In this document: piece after piece, positions 25,686 through 38,400 of the stretch
Position numbering within the stretch: the first letter of the stretch is position 1
Layout of the letters: each line of letters opens with the position of its first letter
Source of the DNA: Octopus bimaculoides
Lineage: Eukaryota
Assembly: GCF_001194135.2 (NCBI RefSeq)
Contig: NC_068982.1
Coordinates: forward strand, 93,657,171 to 93,721,170
DNA: 64,000 nucleotides
Reading direction: 5' to 3'
Notes under the pieces: model-generated
The model's database searches: none
The model's input: the letters and a program-made list of their open reading frames with translations, nothing else
What the model was told of the DNA's origin: nothing
Made by a program: the position numbers and the translations under genes

Positions 25686-25969
25686 CTTTTAACATGAGAA
25701 ATGTGAAATAGTACGATATAAAGTACTGGAGTAGATATATTATTAACTGAAATTCTTCAAGGCCACAATCCAATGATTTAGACCAGTAATAGACAAAAGT
25801 GCTGTATTTATTTATTTATTTATTTATTTTGTTTTTGCTGTGTTTAAAATATATTGAAGGATAATTAGATTTTAAAGTTGAATGGCAATTTATTGTTCAA
25901 GAAATTTTGCTTGGGGGATTTACAGTGAACTAATATACACCGGAGGCATTGATATGGTTTATTTCTGTT

Positions 25970-26410
25970 CTTTACTTGTTTGTCATTTGACTGCGGCCAT
26001 GCTGGAGCACCACCTTTAGTCAAGCAAATCGACCCCAGGACTTATTCTTTGTAAGCCTAGTACTTATTCTATCAGTCTCTTTTTGCCAAACCACTAAGTT
26101 ACGGGGACGTAAACNNNNNNNNNNNNNNNNNNNNNNNNNNNNNNNNNNNNNNNNNNNNNNNNNNTGGGGGGGGGGGGACAAACACAGACACACAAACATA
26201 CATACATACATATATATATATATATACATACATACATACATATACACGACGGGCTTCTTTCAGTTTCCGTCTACCAAATCCACTCACAAGGCTTTGGTTG
26301 GCCTGAGGCTATAGTAGAAGACACTTGCTCAAGGTGCCACGCAGTGGGAATGAACCCGGAACCATGTGGTTGGTAAGCAAGCTACTTACCACACAGCCAC
26401 TCCTGTGCCT
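25970..26410 (-). mobile_element. Near full-length tRNA-derived SINE (Octopus-type)
   Basis: Head GGCACAGGAGTGGCTGTGTGGTAAG...GGTTCATTCCCAC (A/B boxes), internal microsatellite, tail GCGGCC..GCAGTCAAATGACAAACAAGTAAA. Confidence 0.9.
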
Positions 26411-26414
26411 ATAG

Positions 26415-26522
26415 AAAAATATGGAATGCTTCACGAATTTGCATGTCATCCTTGCGCAGGGGGCCATGCTAATCATTTCTGTATTGTTCCAATTTTAGAA
26501 TATGTACCGCCGTAGCTAGTAC
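26415..26522 (-). pseudogene. U6: Full-length U6 snRNA pseudogene
   Basis: Minus strand GTACTAGCTACGGCGGTACATATTCTAAAATTGGAACAATACAGAAATGATTAGCATGGCCCCCTGCGCAAGGATGACATGCAAATTCGTGAAGCATTCCATATTTTT. ACAGAGA box mutated, three CpG-decay changes, one C insertion, no TATA box upstream. Confidence 0.95.
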
Positions 26523-26677
26523 TTGTTGAATTTGTTCAAGTATGGAAGTAAATTTTGTTGTAGAGAAACTTTATGGAGGTTTTAAATTTTTGCCCCCAAA
26601 GTTCTGCATAATACTTACCTTGGTATTTGTTTTGTTTTTCAACTAATTTTTATTTTTAAAATTCTCTTTGAAAGCAG

Positions 26678-26723
26678 TCCAGATGTTTTTTAATAATTTT
26701 TGATTATGAAACGTTATATGTTT
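26678..26723 (+). CDS. Candidate exon E4 (SRCFLIIFDYETLYV, phase 0 to 1)
   Basis: CTAAT branch-like site, NAGNAG acceptor aagcag, donor gtaagt, in phase with E3. Confidence 0.45.
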
Positions 26724-27646
26724 GTAAGTCGTCATATAATTTATTTTTAAATATTAAATCATGCTACTACTGTATAGAATTTTTTTATAGGTTAATATTT
26801 TGCATTGTAGGTCATAGAAATTTTGTTTTTGGAAGTTATTTAAACCACGAGACTCATTATTTCTTAATTTACTGTTATTAAAATGTTAAAGCGACTATAT
26901 ATTTTTTAAAATAGTGTTAATTATCAAAAGCCAAGAGAAATAAACTAAAAACCTGGAAATAAGTGTACTTAACTGGATTTGTAAGGGGCAAAGAAAGAAG
27001 GCTGATTATCAGGATTTGAACTTGATAAAATATAGATCATTATTTATTGTGCCATTTTCACTTCCATAAATGGTTTAATTATTGTGAAAATTCATCTCAG
27101 ACTAAGTCCATAGTTTGAATAGAAGACTTTATTATCACTGACAATTCTTCTAGCAGTCAAAAAGAAATGTTAATTCTGGTGGAAGCTCTAAAATGAAAAT
27201 AATTATAGAAATATTCAACTTGTCTTCCTTTTTTCAGTAGAAGCTTAAACCTTCTCCCTCTAGCACACACACACACCCTTACTTATTGCATTTATTTTAT
27301 TAGTTTTTCTAATTTAAGAAATATAATTCTTTCCCAGTGTAGTAAATTTTTCTCTCTAACATTTTTAATTTATTAGTATGATTTTCAATTTCCAACCTAC
27401 ATTGTAGTTCATCTGTTTAGTAATATAGCAACCTATCAGCAGTTCTATGTTTAGGTGAATACAAGACATTTCAAATTTTGTTTAGCACAAGATAGTAATA
27501 AAATACAAACCACTATGTGTATGTTGTGTTTTAAATGACTATTTTATGACACTACCATGATGCAATCTCTTGATGAAATCACTTGCTAGACAAGTGTAAC
27601 TCAGGAATGTATGTGTGTGTTACAAGTTAACAGCTATAGTTTCTTT

Positions 27647-27960
27647 GGATCTTTTCCTTTTGGCCAGCACATAGAAAAAATAATTTTTGTAACTGAACAC
27701 TTTCAAATTTCGTATGCTGGTAAAATGTATCATTTAAAACATCATTTACTCCTGGCGTTTTTAAGAATAGACGTCATTGATTGGTTGAAATTACCGAAAT
27801 ACGACAACTTTAACACGAAATAACTTCGAAAATACACAATTTTCTCAAAAATGCCAAGAGTAAATGATGTTTTATGTGACACATTCTACCAGTATACAAA
27901 TTTTGAAAGTGTTTAGTTATAAAAAATTTTTTAAATGTGCTGGCCAAAGGGAAAAGATCC
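27647..27960. mobile_element. Long-TIR non-autonomous DNA transposon, short copy
   Basis: GGATCTTTTCC...GGAAAAGATCC ends, ~120-bp arms, 8-bp TSD GTTTCTTT/GTTTTTTT. Confidence 0.88.
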
Positions 27961-27969
27961 GTTTTTTTT

Positions 27970-28011
<42 letters not shown>

Positions 28012-29477
28012 TTATATAAAATCATAAATGAAATTAAATATTATACCTTTGTAAACTTTCAAATAATATAAAAAAAGAAAAAAAACTTTTTCATAGGGCT
28101 TGCAATCTGTTATTTTGAGGTGAGGCCATGATGCCCCATATATGACTAATAGACTATCAGATGGTGCTATTTAGTTAGACATGGCCTGGACCTATACTGG
28201 CCAAAACCTAAGTTATTCACCTTCTCACATCAAATAGATACTATATCATTTTAAAGTATACTTTTCCATACATGGATGGGTCAGATGAGATTCTTTGAGG
28301 CAGATTTTCTATGGCAGGATACTCCTACCTGTCACTGATCCTCACTTATTTCCACATACACACTGCTTTAGATAACTTTTATTTTGTTCTCCAGTTCCTT
28401 TATAATGATGTTCAATTGAGAAATGTTGACCTATTTCATGATTAGCAGATTTGTTTGGCTTTTGTTGTGTTCATGGAGCTTCTTCATCTCTTTGTAAAAT
28501 GTTGGGTGGGGAGGTGAAAGAATTTGACTGTTCATTTATCAGGATTTGCCAAAGTTATTTAGTTCTCTGTTGTAGGACTTTGCAGGTGAAGGTGGATTTT
28601 GTGATAGCATTCAACATTGGCTATTTTCACTGAATGTTTTTGAGATTCTATGAAACATACTCTTTTTGTTAACTCAAAATATAAAATGGTAGCTAATATA
28701 CAACAATAATTTAAACATGCTGCTGACTACTATATTTTCAAAGAGAAAGCTACATGAGAAATGTCTTTGTAAAGAATAAATTCTTCATGCTACCTTTTTG
28801 TTAAATTTCAAATTGTCTTAACTATATGCAATCTATTATGACTCGAGGTTAAGTGTTATGCTTTAGCTGTTAATAGTTTCAGCTTTGGACTAGTGGCATT
28901 TAATGTAGAATTGAATCAAGAGAATTGACTTATCTTGTAGGAAATACACAATGTCTGATTTCATATTTCAATGGTTGGATGCTAAAGAAGCTAAGGATAA
29001 AAGTGCTTTCAAACTGCTTCTTGAATCTTATTTTTTATGTTTATGACTGTTGGATTTAAGTTTAGGCCCACACATATCCTCTTGTTCAGTGCTATGATGA
29101 GATAATTGCTATGAGGTTCAAAATAGAAACCATGCTTTGCTTTGAAGACAGTTTTTCTTTTGATTCTTAATGATTTGGCCATTGGTAGAAGGAAGAGCGA
29201 GAAAGAAAATAGTGCAGTGTTTCTGACACTATATAAATAGGTTATTGGAGCTTACTCTCACCTAGAAGTCAGTCCAGCTTGAATGTTTCTTGATGATAGA
29301 TATGTATACAATAATTACTCAAAATTTCTGTTCTTTACAAAATTTTTCTTTTTAATCAACCGGAGTGATACAAAATTTATAGTTTGGTCTTTGTTTTTTT
29401 GCGATAAGCATTGGTTTACTTGAATACAGTTTGACACTTGGCCGTTCATCAACCAATATACATAAGGTTTTGTGCTG

Positions 29478-29481
<4 letters not shown>

Positions 29482-29529
<48 letters not shown>

Positions 29530-29702
29530 NNNNNNNNNNNNNNNNNNNNNNNNNNNNNNNNNNNNNNNNNNNNNNNNNNNNNNNNNNNNNNNNNNNNNNN
29601 NNNNNNNNNNNNNNNNNNNNNNNNNNNNNNNNNNNNNNNNNNNNNNNNNNNNNNNNNNNNNNNNNNNNNNNNNNNNNNNNNNNNNNNNNNNNNNNNNNNN
29701 NN

Positions 29703-29766
<64 letters not shown>
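29482..29766. repeat. (AC)n microsatellite spanning a gap
   Basis: Direct. Confidence 0.95.
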
Positions 29767-29773
<7 letters not shown>

Positions 29774-30506
29774 ACTAAGCGTGGTTTCTCTCCACGTTAG
29801 AAAGCTTGCCAGACAATTTGGTACGCAATTTGATCCAAGTAAAATTTCTTGGAAATTTTTTAAATGTTCTTCAGAATCTCATTTATGTAGGAGTAATTCT
29901 TGCTGAGTAAAGAATTGTATGGGCACTTGTAATCTCCTCATTTATGTCTATCTAAATAAAATTCAGTTGACTTAGAAAAACAAATTGCCACTTTTGGTAG
30001 TCTAGTAGATTTTAATTGCTTTTGACTACATTTGTGCTTACCACCAAAGACTTCTATCTACTGATGCCCAGGTAAACAACATTGGCAGCTTAAATAATTT
30101 CCAAAATACATAAAAGAAAAAAAAAGTGAAGAAAAGGTTTTCAAAATAAAGTTTCCATTTCAGTTAATAGTTTTCTATAGCAATGTAGCAAAATTATTAT
30201 TCTTGACTGAATTTAGATGATGTGTGAAATAACAATGTCAGTTACAAATACCTGCACCATTGATCTGTGCATAAATTTCCTGCCTATGTAGAATTTGTTG
30301 GTGATCTGGGATATTCGTGTCAATGAAAAATAATTTGCTTGGTCATTGTTTCAGTTTGAGTTTATTTTGGTAAAATATTTCCAGAAGTTTGGCTAAAAAG
30401 CAATTGTATAAATTTTAGCTTAGAAAGCAACAAAAGCAGTTTTCTAGTTTGTATGCTGTCAGTTTACACAATCTGTTATATCATTTGTAGTCTTATTCAC
30501 TTTCAG

Positions 30507-30533
30507 CTGGATATTGTCTGTATGGCTTAGAAT
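30507..30533 (+). CDS. Candidate 27-nt micro-exon E5 (GYCLYGLE, phase 1 to 1)
   Basis: Acceptor tcttattcactttcag, donor gtatgt. Confidence 0.4.
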
Positions 30534-30714
30534 GTATGTCTGTCTTGCCATAATTTCTATGCATGAAAAGTGAGTGCAACCACTTTCCTGCTTGGGTGTT
30601 TAATTATATAGAAATTTACAAAGACCATCCCATAATGCCGTTAAGGAAGAAACTTTTTTTCTTTTTTGTTACCTAGATTAACTGTATTCATTCTGGAATA
30701 ATAATAATAATAAT

Positions 30715-31150
30715 CCTTTCTGCTATTGACACAGGGCCTAAAATTTTTATAGAGAGGGTAAATTACATTGATCCCAGTGCTCAACTGGTACTTTATTTAT
30801 TGTCCCTGAAAGGATGAAGGACAAAATCGACCCCAATGGCATATGAACTTAGAACATGATGTTGGAAGAAATGCTGCTAGGCATTCTGTCAATGATTCTG
30901 CCTACTTGTTACTCATTGTTTTAATATCCACTGCCTCATGCTTGCATTGGTCAGACAGTTTGAGATAAATATTCAACAACCGGATGCCCTTCCTGTCACC
31001 AACCCTCAGCTGTTTCTAAACATGGTAATGTTTCCCCATGGCCAGACTGTGTCACTCATTTACAACTATCACAGTGTCAAGACAAGAATACCCAAATGTA
31101 CTCACACTCACACATATTGGTAAGCCCTGGGCTATAATAGAAGACACTAT
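30715..31150 (-). mobile_element. Second SINE family copy followed by RTE-tail/SINE fragments
   Basis: ctcaactggtactttatttattgtccctgaaaggatgaagg core; ggatgcccttcctgtcacc tail. Confidence 0.7.
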
Positions 31151-32086
31151 TTTATATATCTCAAATAATAAAAGAAAATGTGCTTTTCCTTTACATTGCA
31201 ATTATGTACTTTAAAAGGAATGACACATTTTCTTTTCCTATTTTTCTTAATAAACACATATATATATAATGTATACATATGTTTGTAAAGAGTATAATAA
31301 TGGGACTTGTTTTATTTAAATATCTGAATAATGGAATGTTATCTGAAAGATTATGAACTTTAGAACTGTAAAATATTTGTTTACTGATTGGCCTATATAA
31401 GTACAAACTGTCTTAATACTTTAAAGTCTGTTGTCTTCAAATCTAATTTTTGGCATAAACTAATCAGTTATGACTGATATATATATATACCCTTTACCTT
31501 TTTTTCCATTTGCTGGAATTGCTTTTTTGACTAAAAAGTAACTTGATATTAAGATTTTTACCTTTTATTATTGACTTTTATTGGTGTGTTTTTAATGGTT
31601 TTTAGTTTACCTTGTTAAGTTTTCCTTTTAGGCAATAAATTTTAAAACTTCATTTGATTTTGATTATAAAATTGCTGTCATGTTTAAAATGTACTGTATA
31701 TGGCTTACATGACTCTTGCATGCCAGTCATCTATCTCTAGTTTCCTTAGCAACCACCTATGGAGTGTCAGGTTCTTTGAAAGACTTTCTGCAGGTTAACT
31801 AATTTTTAAGTAGTAGCATCTTCTTAGCTAAGTACTTACATTGCAGTTTATTTCACTTGGAAGAGAGCATCATTTCCTCTTGGCACTATCAACCTGCAAA
31901 CCATCTAGGTTAATTTTGCTCATGATCAGTTGTAGTATAACTATTTTAGTAATTTTCGTCTTTTGTAGTAGCATTTCCATGCCTTTCTCCTCATGTTGGT
32001 GATGGCAAGTTCACTGATGTTGTTCTGTACACACTTCTCCCTAATGCTGTCTTGATTCGTCTCTAAACACTTGATCCTCAATGCAG

Positions 32087-32135
32087 AACACGTGCAAACT
32101 TTTTACTTTAACCTAGTACTGGTCTTTTCTTCTAG
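32087..32135 (+). CDS. Candidate exon E6 (HVQTFYFNLVLVFSS(R), phase 1 to 2)
   Basis: Acceptor cctcaatgcag, strong donor TAG|gtaagc, single open frame in phase with E7. The true acceptor may instead be 31969. Confidence 0.45.
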
Positions 32136-33057
32136 GTAAGCAATGCTACTGAAACCTTGTATGAGTGACAGATCAGGTTTGTTACTTGTAGCATTTTGTC
32201 TTGAAGATAAGCAAAAGAGTTGATTACTGATTAACTGGCCTCACCTTATCAGCTGCTATCGATTAGTGGGCCACTGATTATTTATGATGTAATTCTGTAT
32301 CATGATATGAAAGTATGAGTTGTAATTAATTGTTGGTAATATTTCATTCATTACAGTTATGGTGCTGTTTTTGAGAATATTTGATGACAGAATTAGGCTA
32401 ATTTTTTACCAGAGTTTGTACTTTTTATTGCTTTGGGATTTTGTCATTCAACAGCACACCTTTCTGTATGCAACATGTCCCATGGTTTCTGTCTTGTTCA
32501 GTTGTGTGATTATAAAACCAACATGCATAGTTTGTGTAGTCATATTGGCATAAAGCCAAAACTGAAAAGTATTTTTAATTAACTGAATGTGCATAGAAGG
32601 CAACACTTAGCATGTCTATAGACATATTAATTATTAGCTATCTAAATATAACCTGCTCATTCTTTTGTACTCGAGTTTGTTAAAGCTAGATCCCCAAGAG
32701 TAGTGCATTTCCTAGACTGGTTAGTAAGGATGCTGTTGATTTTAAGAGTTTAAATAATAGGAACCATTTATTAATTATTTTTGAATACCCTTTAAATAAG
32801 CATGTAATCAGAATCCTTGATTTTTAAATGAATTCCATTTGAAAAAGTTAGTTGACTACATACTCTCTTATGTAGGATAGTAGGATAGCGTTCTACTTTG
32901 ATACCCTTTTACAGATTGGAAGATATACTTCCAGAGCAGTCCAGTTGCATAGATCATGTTCAGACACTGGTATTACACTGATAGGCTTAGGAAATAATAT
33001 TTTATGTATTTTTACATGTTTTTCAGATTTCTCTGTCACTCATGGTTTTTGTGCTTA

Positions 33058-33073
33058 ATAATAATAAAAAAAC

Positions 33074-33116
<43 letters not shown>
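33058..33116. repeat. (AAT)n microsatellite
   Basis: Direct. Confidence 0.9.
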
Positions 33117-33119
<3 letters not shown>

Positions 33120-33276
33120 CAATGGATGACTGATTAACAAAACCAATTAATTTATGAAAAAGCTGATACTGATGATCTGCCTATTGGTGCAACTCTAGTA
33201 GGAACTTATGGTTGTCTTGTAAGTTTCTATCTCCTTCCTTGTGTCATGAAGCACTTGCTAGCAAGTACTTCTTTAA

Positions 33277-33481
33277 CCCATTAGCATTCAGATTATTCTG
33301 TCAAAGGTAATGCTTATTTAATCACATTATTTTGAATTAATCATGTTTTGTCAGATTTTTATGAGGCAACTATTAATTTTTAGATATTGTAGGGTAGTTG
33401 TGCGGGGCCACATCTGGCCAGTTTTAACATAAAACAAGTAGAATATTTTGGCTGGATATGGCTGGTTTAAACGCTAAAGAG
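33277..33481 (-). mobile_element. piggyBac-derived MITE, full length
   Basis: TTAA|CCCATTAGC...GCTAAAGAG|TTAA. Confidence 0.88.
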
Positions 33482-33731
33482 TTAAAACCTACATCTGGTT
33501 AAGAGGGTCTTTTGGTTTCCACATATTCTTTTGTTAAATCATCTTGTGTCTCTTAGTCCAGTTAGCTCTTATCCTGAGGTTGTTGTTCAGTACATTCTTC
33601 ACAACCAGTTACCTGTTTCTTAGCATGTAATTTATTTGGCTTGCCTGTTCACCTGATTAGTAGGTGATCAGATGGCTGATATACTTCCTCTGTAATGTCT
33701 ACCTTTTTCAATTTGGGTATACTTTTTTTAG

Positions 33732-33807
33732 GATTATTAAAATAATTGAATTAGTGTTCATTAAAATCCTTTCTATCTTGACTCCTACCATTACGAATGT
33801 TATCTAA
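33732..33807 (+). CDS. Candidate alternative last exon E7' (IIKIIELVFIKILSILTPTITNVI*)
   Basis: Acceptor and first 29 nt identical to E7; TAA at 33805-33807; AATAAA at 33834-33839. Confidence 0.35.
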
Positions 33808-34109
33808 TACACTAATCTATTTTAGATTCTCAAAATAAAAAACAAAAAATATTCTTCCCATTTTTAGTTATATTTTTGTTTCATATTCTAAATGAAAAGA
33901 GCAAAGCTTGCTGAGTCTTCAACCTTGACCCCTTTCTAATATCTAACTGAATCTGTCACCAAGAACCAGTATTTGGACTGACAGAAGCCTTATTTGATTT
34001 CTAAAATTCCATTCTTATTCATATTGCATTTATTTATTTAGTGTTTTTTTTAAAACTTTTGAAACCTAATGAGACAGGAATCATTGTAATCACTATAGAC
34101 GCATAATTA

Positions 34110-34122
34110 CTTTGTGTGTGTG

Positions 34123-34168
<46 letters not shown>

Positions 34169-34170
34169 CA
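34110..34170. repeat. (GT)n-(TATC)n microsatellite
   Basis: Direct. Confidence 0.9.
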
Positions 34171-36027
34171 TACATACAGACATAAACACACCTGTATGTG
34201 TATATCCAGATTAGTCTCTGTAACTATTTCTTATAAAGAAAAGCAGTAATTGTTTTTGGTACTGTTCCACCTCATTGATCCTCTTTAACTTTATGATTAG
34301 TGTAATCATGGCTGACTCTCTCACTGCTGCTAATATTAGGGAAAAGCACTCAAGTTGGCTGACACTGAATATGTAGCTCAATGGTTCCCAAAACAGGTAG
34401 TACTGCCCTCCTCGTAATGGTGGAAAGATCTGATGGTGGGGCATTGAAATTAAATTCCTATTTATCAGTAATGAAAATTCTTATTTATCAGTAATGAGGA
34501 AACAAAAATAGTGGAGGTTTCACTTTAGAATGATATTGAGCTAAAACCAAAGTTCAAAAAATCATGAGATGTACTTTATTGCCTTCCCAACATCAGATTT
34601 TGTAGAGTAGGGTTTCAGTGCAGTTGCCCAGATTCTTTGTAAACAAAGAAACGAACTGAAGATTATTGAACACAGGGATGTAAGACTATTTCTCAATACC
34701 TTGAAGCTGGATGTCAAAAAGCTGATCCCCTGCAGAACATACATCCATTGCATGAAAAATATGAAAAGAATGTAGTTACAAGTGAGATGTAAATTTACTC
34801 TTTCAAACAAAATAATGAGTTAATTAGGTGAAGATTTATTTGTGAAATACAGTTACTTTGAATTTGCAGTAGAAAGAGATCTGTGCTTGTGGTGGTAGTG
34901 GTGGGAGCACTAGGAAAATGGTCTGGGTGCCAAGTGGGTGGCAGTCCGTAAAAGCTTGGGAACTACTGGTTTAGATCAAATGGCCTTCTTTTGAAGCTTG
35001 GCCTTAATCCAAATCTAGAAAATATCAAACAAGCTAAGCAGCAACATTACAACATTCTCTTCCAAGCCAACAAAATTTGGATATCTTAGATATTGATCTT
35101 TTTATTATGGCAATATATGAACTTGTCCAGTGTTGCTGTGCGGATCTGAGAAGTAGGTTCTCTATGTTGAGGACATGTTTCATGTGTTAATGTTGAAGTG
35201 TCTCAATCTATCCTGAGAGAATAGATCAGTTATGCTTTCTGTAGAATCACCTTGTTGATATTATTACTATTAAGAGAAAGTGTATGAAACAGTCAAGATT
35301 TCAGTGGAGCTGATATACAACCAGCAGTGTCAGTGAAGCAAAAACTGTTAGTGGCATTGCATATAAGAGGAATGAGACAGCTCGAGAGTGATTAAAGAGT
35401 GTTGGTAAGGGGAGGCCGGGCAATTAAGACCATAACCTTTGTTCCAAGAAGCAGTTACATGCATTTGTACATACATACACACAATCAAATTTAAATAATA
35501 CCTAAGTATAAAATATATTTGAATTGAATTTAAGATGAAAAGGGAACCTATCCTTTAACTTTGATAGGTGAATTATTTGCTCACCACTGTGACCCCCATG
35601 TGGGCATCATTGATTTTGAAGGCAAAAGCATTTTGTTTACAGTGTTTCCATAATTATTTCAGCATTATACTTCACAACTATTTAAGAGCTACATTTTTAT
35701 GGTGAACTATGAACTAGTGTCTGTTTTGCTATTCTAAATTAAAGGAGGTGTCTGTTCATGGCAGAATGTATCTCTGAAGGTGTGCACATGCAGGGTGTGG
35801 GGAGAAAAAAATGCAATTGCCTGAGATTATGGTTGGAATGTCACCGTCTATGTTGTACATGAAGCTATCTAGATAATTTAAAATGCCTTTATTCTTCTAA
35901 GATAATTTTTCTTGCATATCAAGGTGATAATTTATCAGAAACAGAAGTGTGTCAAGTTAAATGCTTTCAGGTATTTAGTTTCATTCTTCTATGTTCACAG
36001 TTCAAACTTTACTTTGCATTTTTTTAG

Positions 36028-36083
36028 GATTATTAAAATAATTGAATTAGTGTTCAGTAGGCAATCCAGTAAAATATTTCTTG
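36028..36083 (+). CDS. Candidate exon E7 (IIKIIELVFSRQSSKIFL, phase 2 to 1)
   Basis: Acceptor ctttactttgcattttttag, donor TTG|gtaaat, single open frame. Confidence 0.55.
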
Positions 36084-36572
36084 GTAAATGATACTTTTTC
36101 TTTATTTCATCATCATCACAATATTCATTATCTTGTTTAACAAAAATATATTTGTAATCTGCCTGAAGTGAAACTATTAATTTCTGTTAATGTTATTTAA
36201 CAAAATTTTTTTTACTGTGTTTTGAAAATTACTAATTTTTTTTTAACCTAATTAAGGAAACAAATGAGGAAATTATTAAATATATTTTTTATTTTGCTCT
36301 CGAAAAATTAATCAATTGTTTGTTTAACTTAGAATTTTTAAACCTGAAATTAAAGAACTTGTAATTTAATTGTTGGTTTATAGCACTGTATGACCTATAG
36401 CTTTTATAGGTGCCTTGAAATTTGCAAGTGCTTCATTAAATAAAGACACAGAAGTACTTAATTGCTTGCACTCTTTTTGCCCTTGTCAATCTTTTTAGCT
36501 GCTACCAAATTTAACAATTTAAAGTTAGCTGTGTTTTGTGACAGCATGTCTAATCTATTTCTGTATTTGCAG

Positions 36573-36624
36573 ACCATAAATGCCATTTCATTGTCACTCA
36601 GGTGGAGCCATTATTTCCTTCAAG
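36573..36624 (+). CDS. Candidate exon E8 ((D)HKCHFIVTQVEPLFPS(R), phase 1 to 2)
   Basis: CTAAT branch, acceptor ctgtatttgcag. Donor AAG|gttgtt is weak. In phase with E7 and E9. Confidence 0.5.
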
Positions 36625-37499
36625 GTTGTTTGTAGTAGCTTCCAGTTTGACATAGCAATATATGGCTTGTTTCTCACCAATTATTGCTTCTACTATTTTG
36701 AGAACAGTTTTTTTTTTTCTAACAAGGGATGGTTTCCACTGGTGAATTTTAATACTAATGTTTTTATCTATTGCTGGAACCTTTTATTGTCATATTGCCT
36801 TTTATTTTTTAATTGGTTGTGGTTGAGTTCATATCTTTTTTCATATTGTGTAGTCCATTTGTTTAGCTGCATGTATTTCTGTCTCTTATCAAACCTGTAT
36901 CTTTATTTCTTTGTTAGAATTTTTTTTTTATTACTTTGCCTCTCTGTACAGAAAAAACGCTATACTTCTTTTGCTATATTTCAAAATAAAGGTGAATTTA
37001 CATATTTATTAGGCTTGTTGTAGGTCCTAAATACAATTTATTTGAATAATCAAAGCATAAAATGAAAATTTCTGTTCAAACTTTATTTTCTCTATATGCA
37101 GGATGGGCATTAGGTTATTGTGTATATGTGTGTGTTTGTACAAGTATCCTAAGAACATGGTTGCTAGGTGTACTTTTTATTTACTTGAGTAGGCAAAACA
37201 CAAAATTCTTTGATTCTTTCCTGATCTGTAAGAAATAGTAAATTGCTTTTCTTATAACTTGTTACATAAAACATTGCATTTATGACTGTCCCACGTCATA
37301 GAGAAGAATGAGCATAAGTGTGGCAACTGTTTGTGTTATAGAGCTGTGTTTCAACATGCACATTACACTGTTATGATTGCTATTTTGACGTGCATTTTCT
37401 TAAGTTGGAAAAGGTTGAACTGATCCACAAAATGACCTATCATCACTCCTATTAGTTACAGATTTTCATTTATTTATTTTTTAATGACTTGATTTAGTG

Positions 37500-38400
37500 T
37501 GTGAGAGTGTGCTCAAGGCTTTTGAAACCCATGAGACTGACGTTTTTTCTCTCTCAAATAGCTGCAAGATGATGGTTGTAAGCAAACATGGGCACAGAGG
37601 GAAGAAGCCCAAAGGTCAATATTTTCAGGAGTTGCTTAGTCTGAGCTTGGGATAGTGGACATATGACAAGAGTGCATGAGTGAAGATGACATAAGATCAG
37701 TCATTTCAGAAAAGCTGAGGCCACTATCGTAAGCAGTTGAAAAGTAGAGTAAAAAGACAGTACAACTCTGTGGAAGAGGTTGGTGGTATTAAGTGACTTC
37801 ATGCCTATCATCATCAAAGAATAGAAGCCATTAGTGGTAAGCTGGTTTACTTACTCCAGCAGTATAATTAGTAGGGATGGTAGACTTACTCATTAACTAG
37901 AGTGTAAGATGAGTGAATAAGGCCATTTGGGCATTGGCAGGCTGACAGAAAGAGCAAGTAACTGTAGAACATTATGCAGGTGACAGTTCAAGTGAAGCAT
38001 AGTGTACTGAGCAGTAGTATTACCCATCATATTTTACAGATCGGTGGCATAGACTTTACACCAGAAGTGGGTTAAATAACTGAATGCATTTATAAGATCT
38101 GAGGCAGATCAGGAATACTATAGAAAGACAAGATCAGGAGCACCATCCTCTTAAGATCAAACTATGCTCCTTCAGCATGGAAAAGATATGGTGCAGCAAA
38201 CCCTCTGTTGGCTAGGGTATGTCTAAAGGATGGAGAAAATTTGGTTACCATGACATAGTTTACTTGTAGCTGGCTTGTGCTATGAAACTAGGGTACATAT
38301 CAGTTGTGACAGAAGGTATGGTTAAATGCAACATAAGGAGATTAAACATTGATATGCACATGTGGATCACACTAGCTTGTGACAAAAAGCACTGGTGGAG
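37500..38400 (+). mobile_element. Decayed RTE LINE 3' region
   Basis: LCWLGYV*RM and NIDMHMWITLACDKKHWW resemble the RTE C-terminus (LRWLGHVxRM; NIDxxxWExLAxDRxxWR). Confidence 0.6.

Noticed and set aside
29088-29232. C/D snoRNA-like layout (ATGATGA...CTGA with AGTG/CACT stem)
   Set aside because: Long for a C/D RNA, no clear C'/D' boxes, and the only rRNA-complementary 9-mer is not adjacent to a D box.
31075-31119. In-phase exon-like segment (SRQEYPNVLTLTHI) that could bridge E5 and E6
   Set aside because: The sequence is repeat-derived (reverse match near 61660); exonisation cannot be supported.
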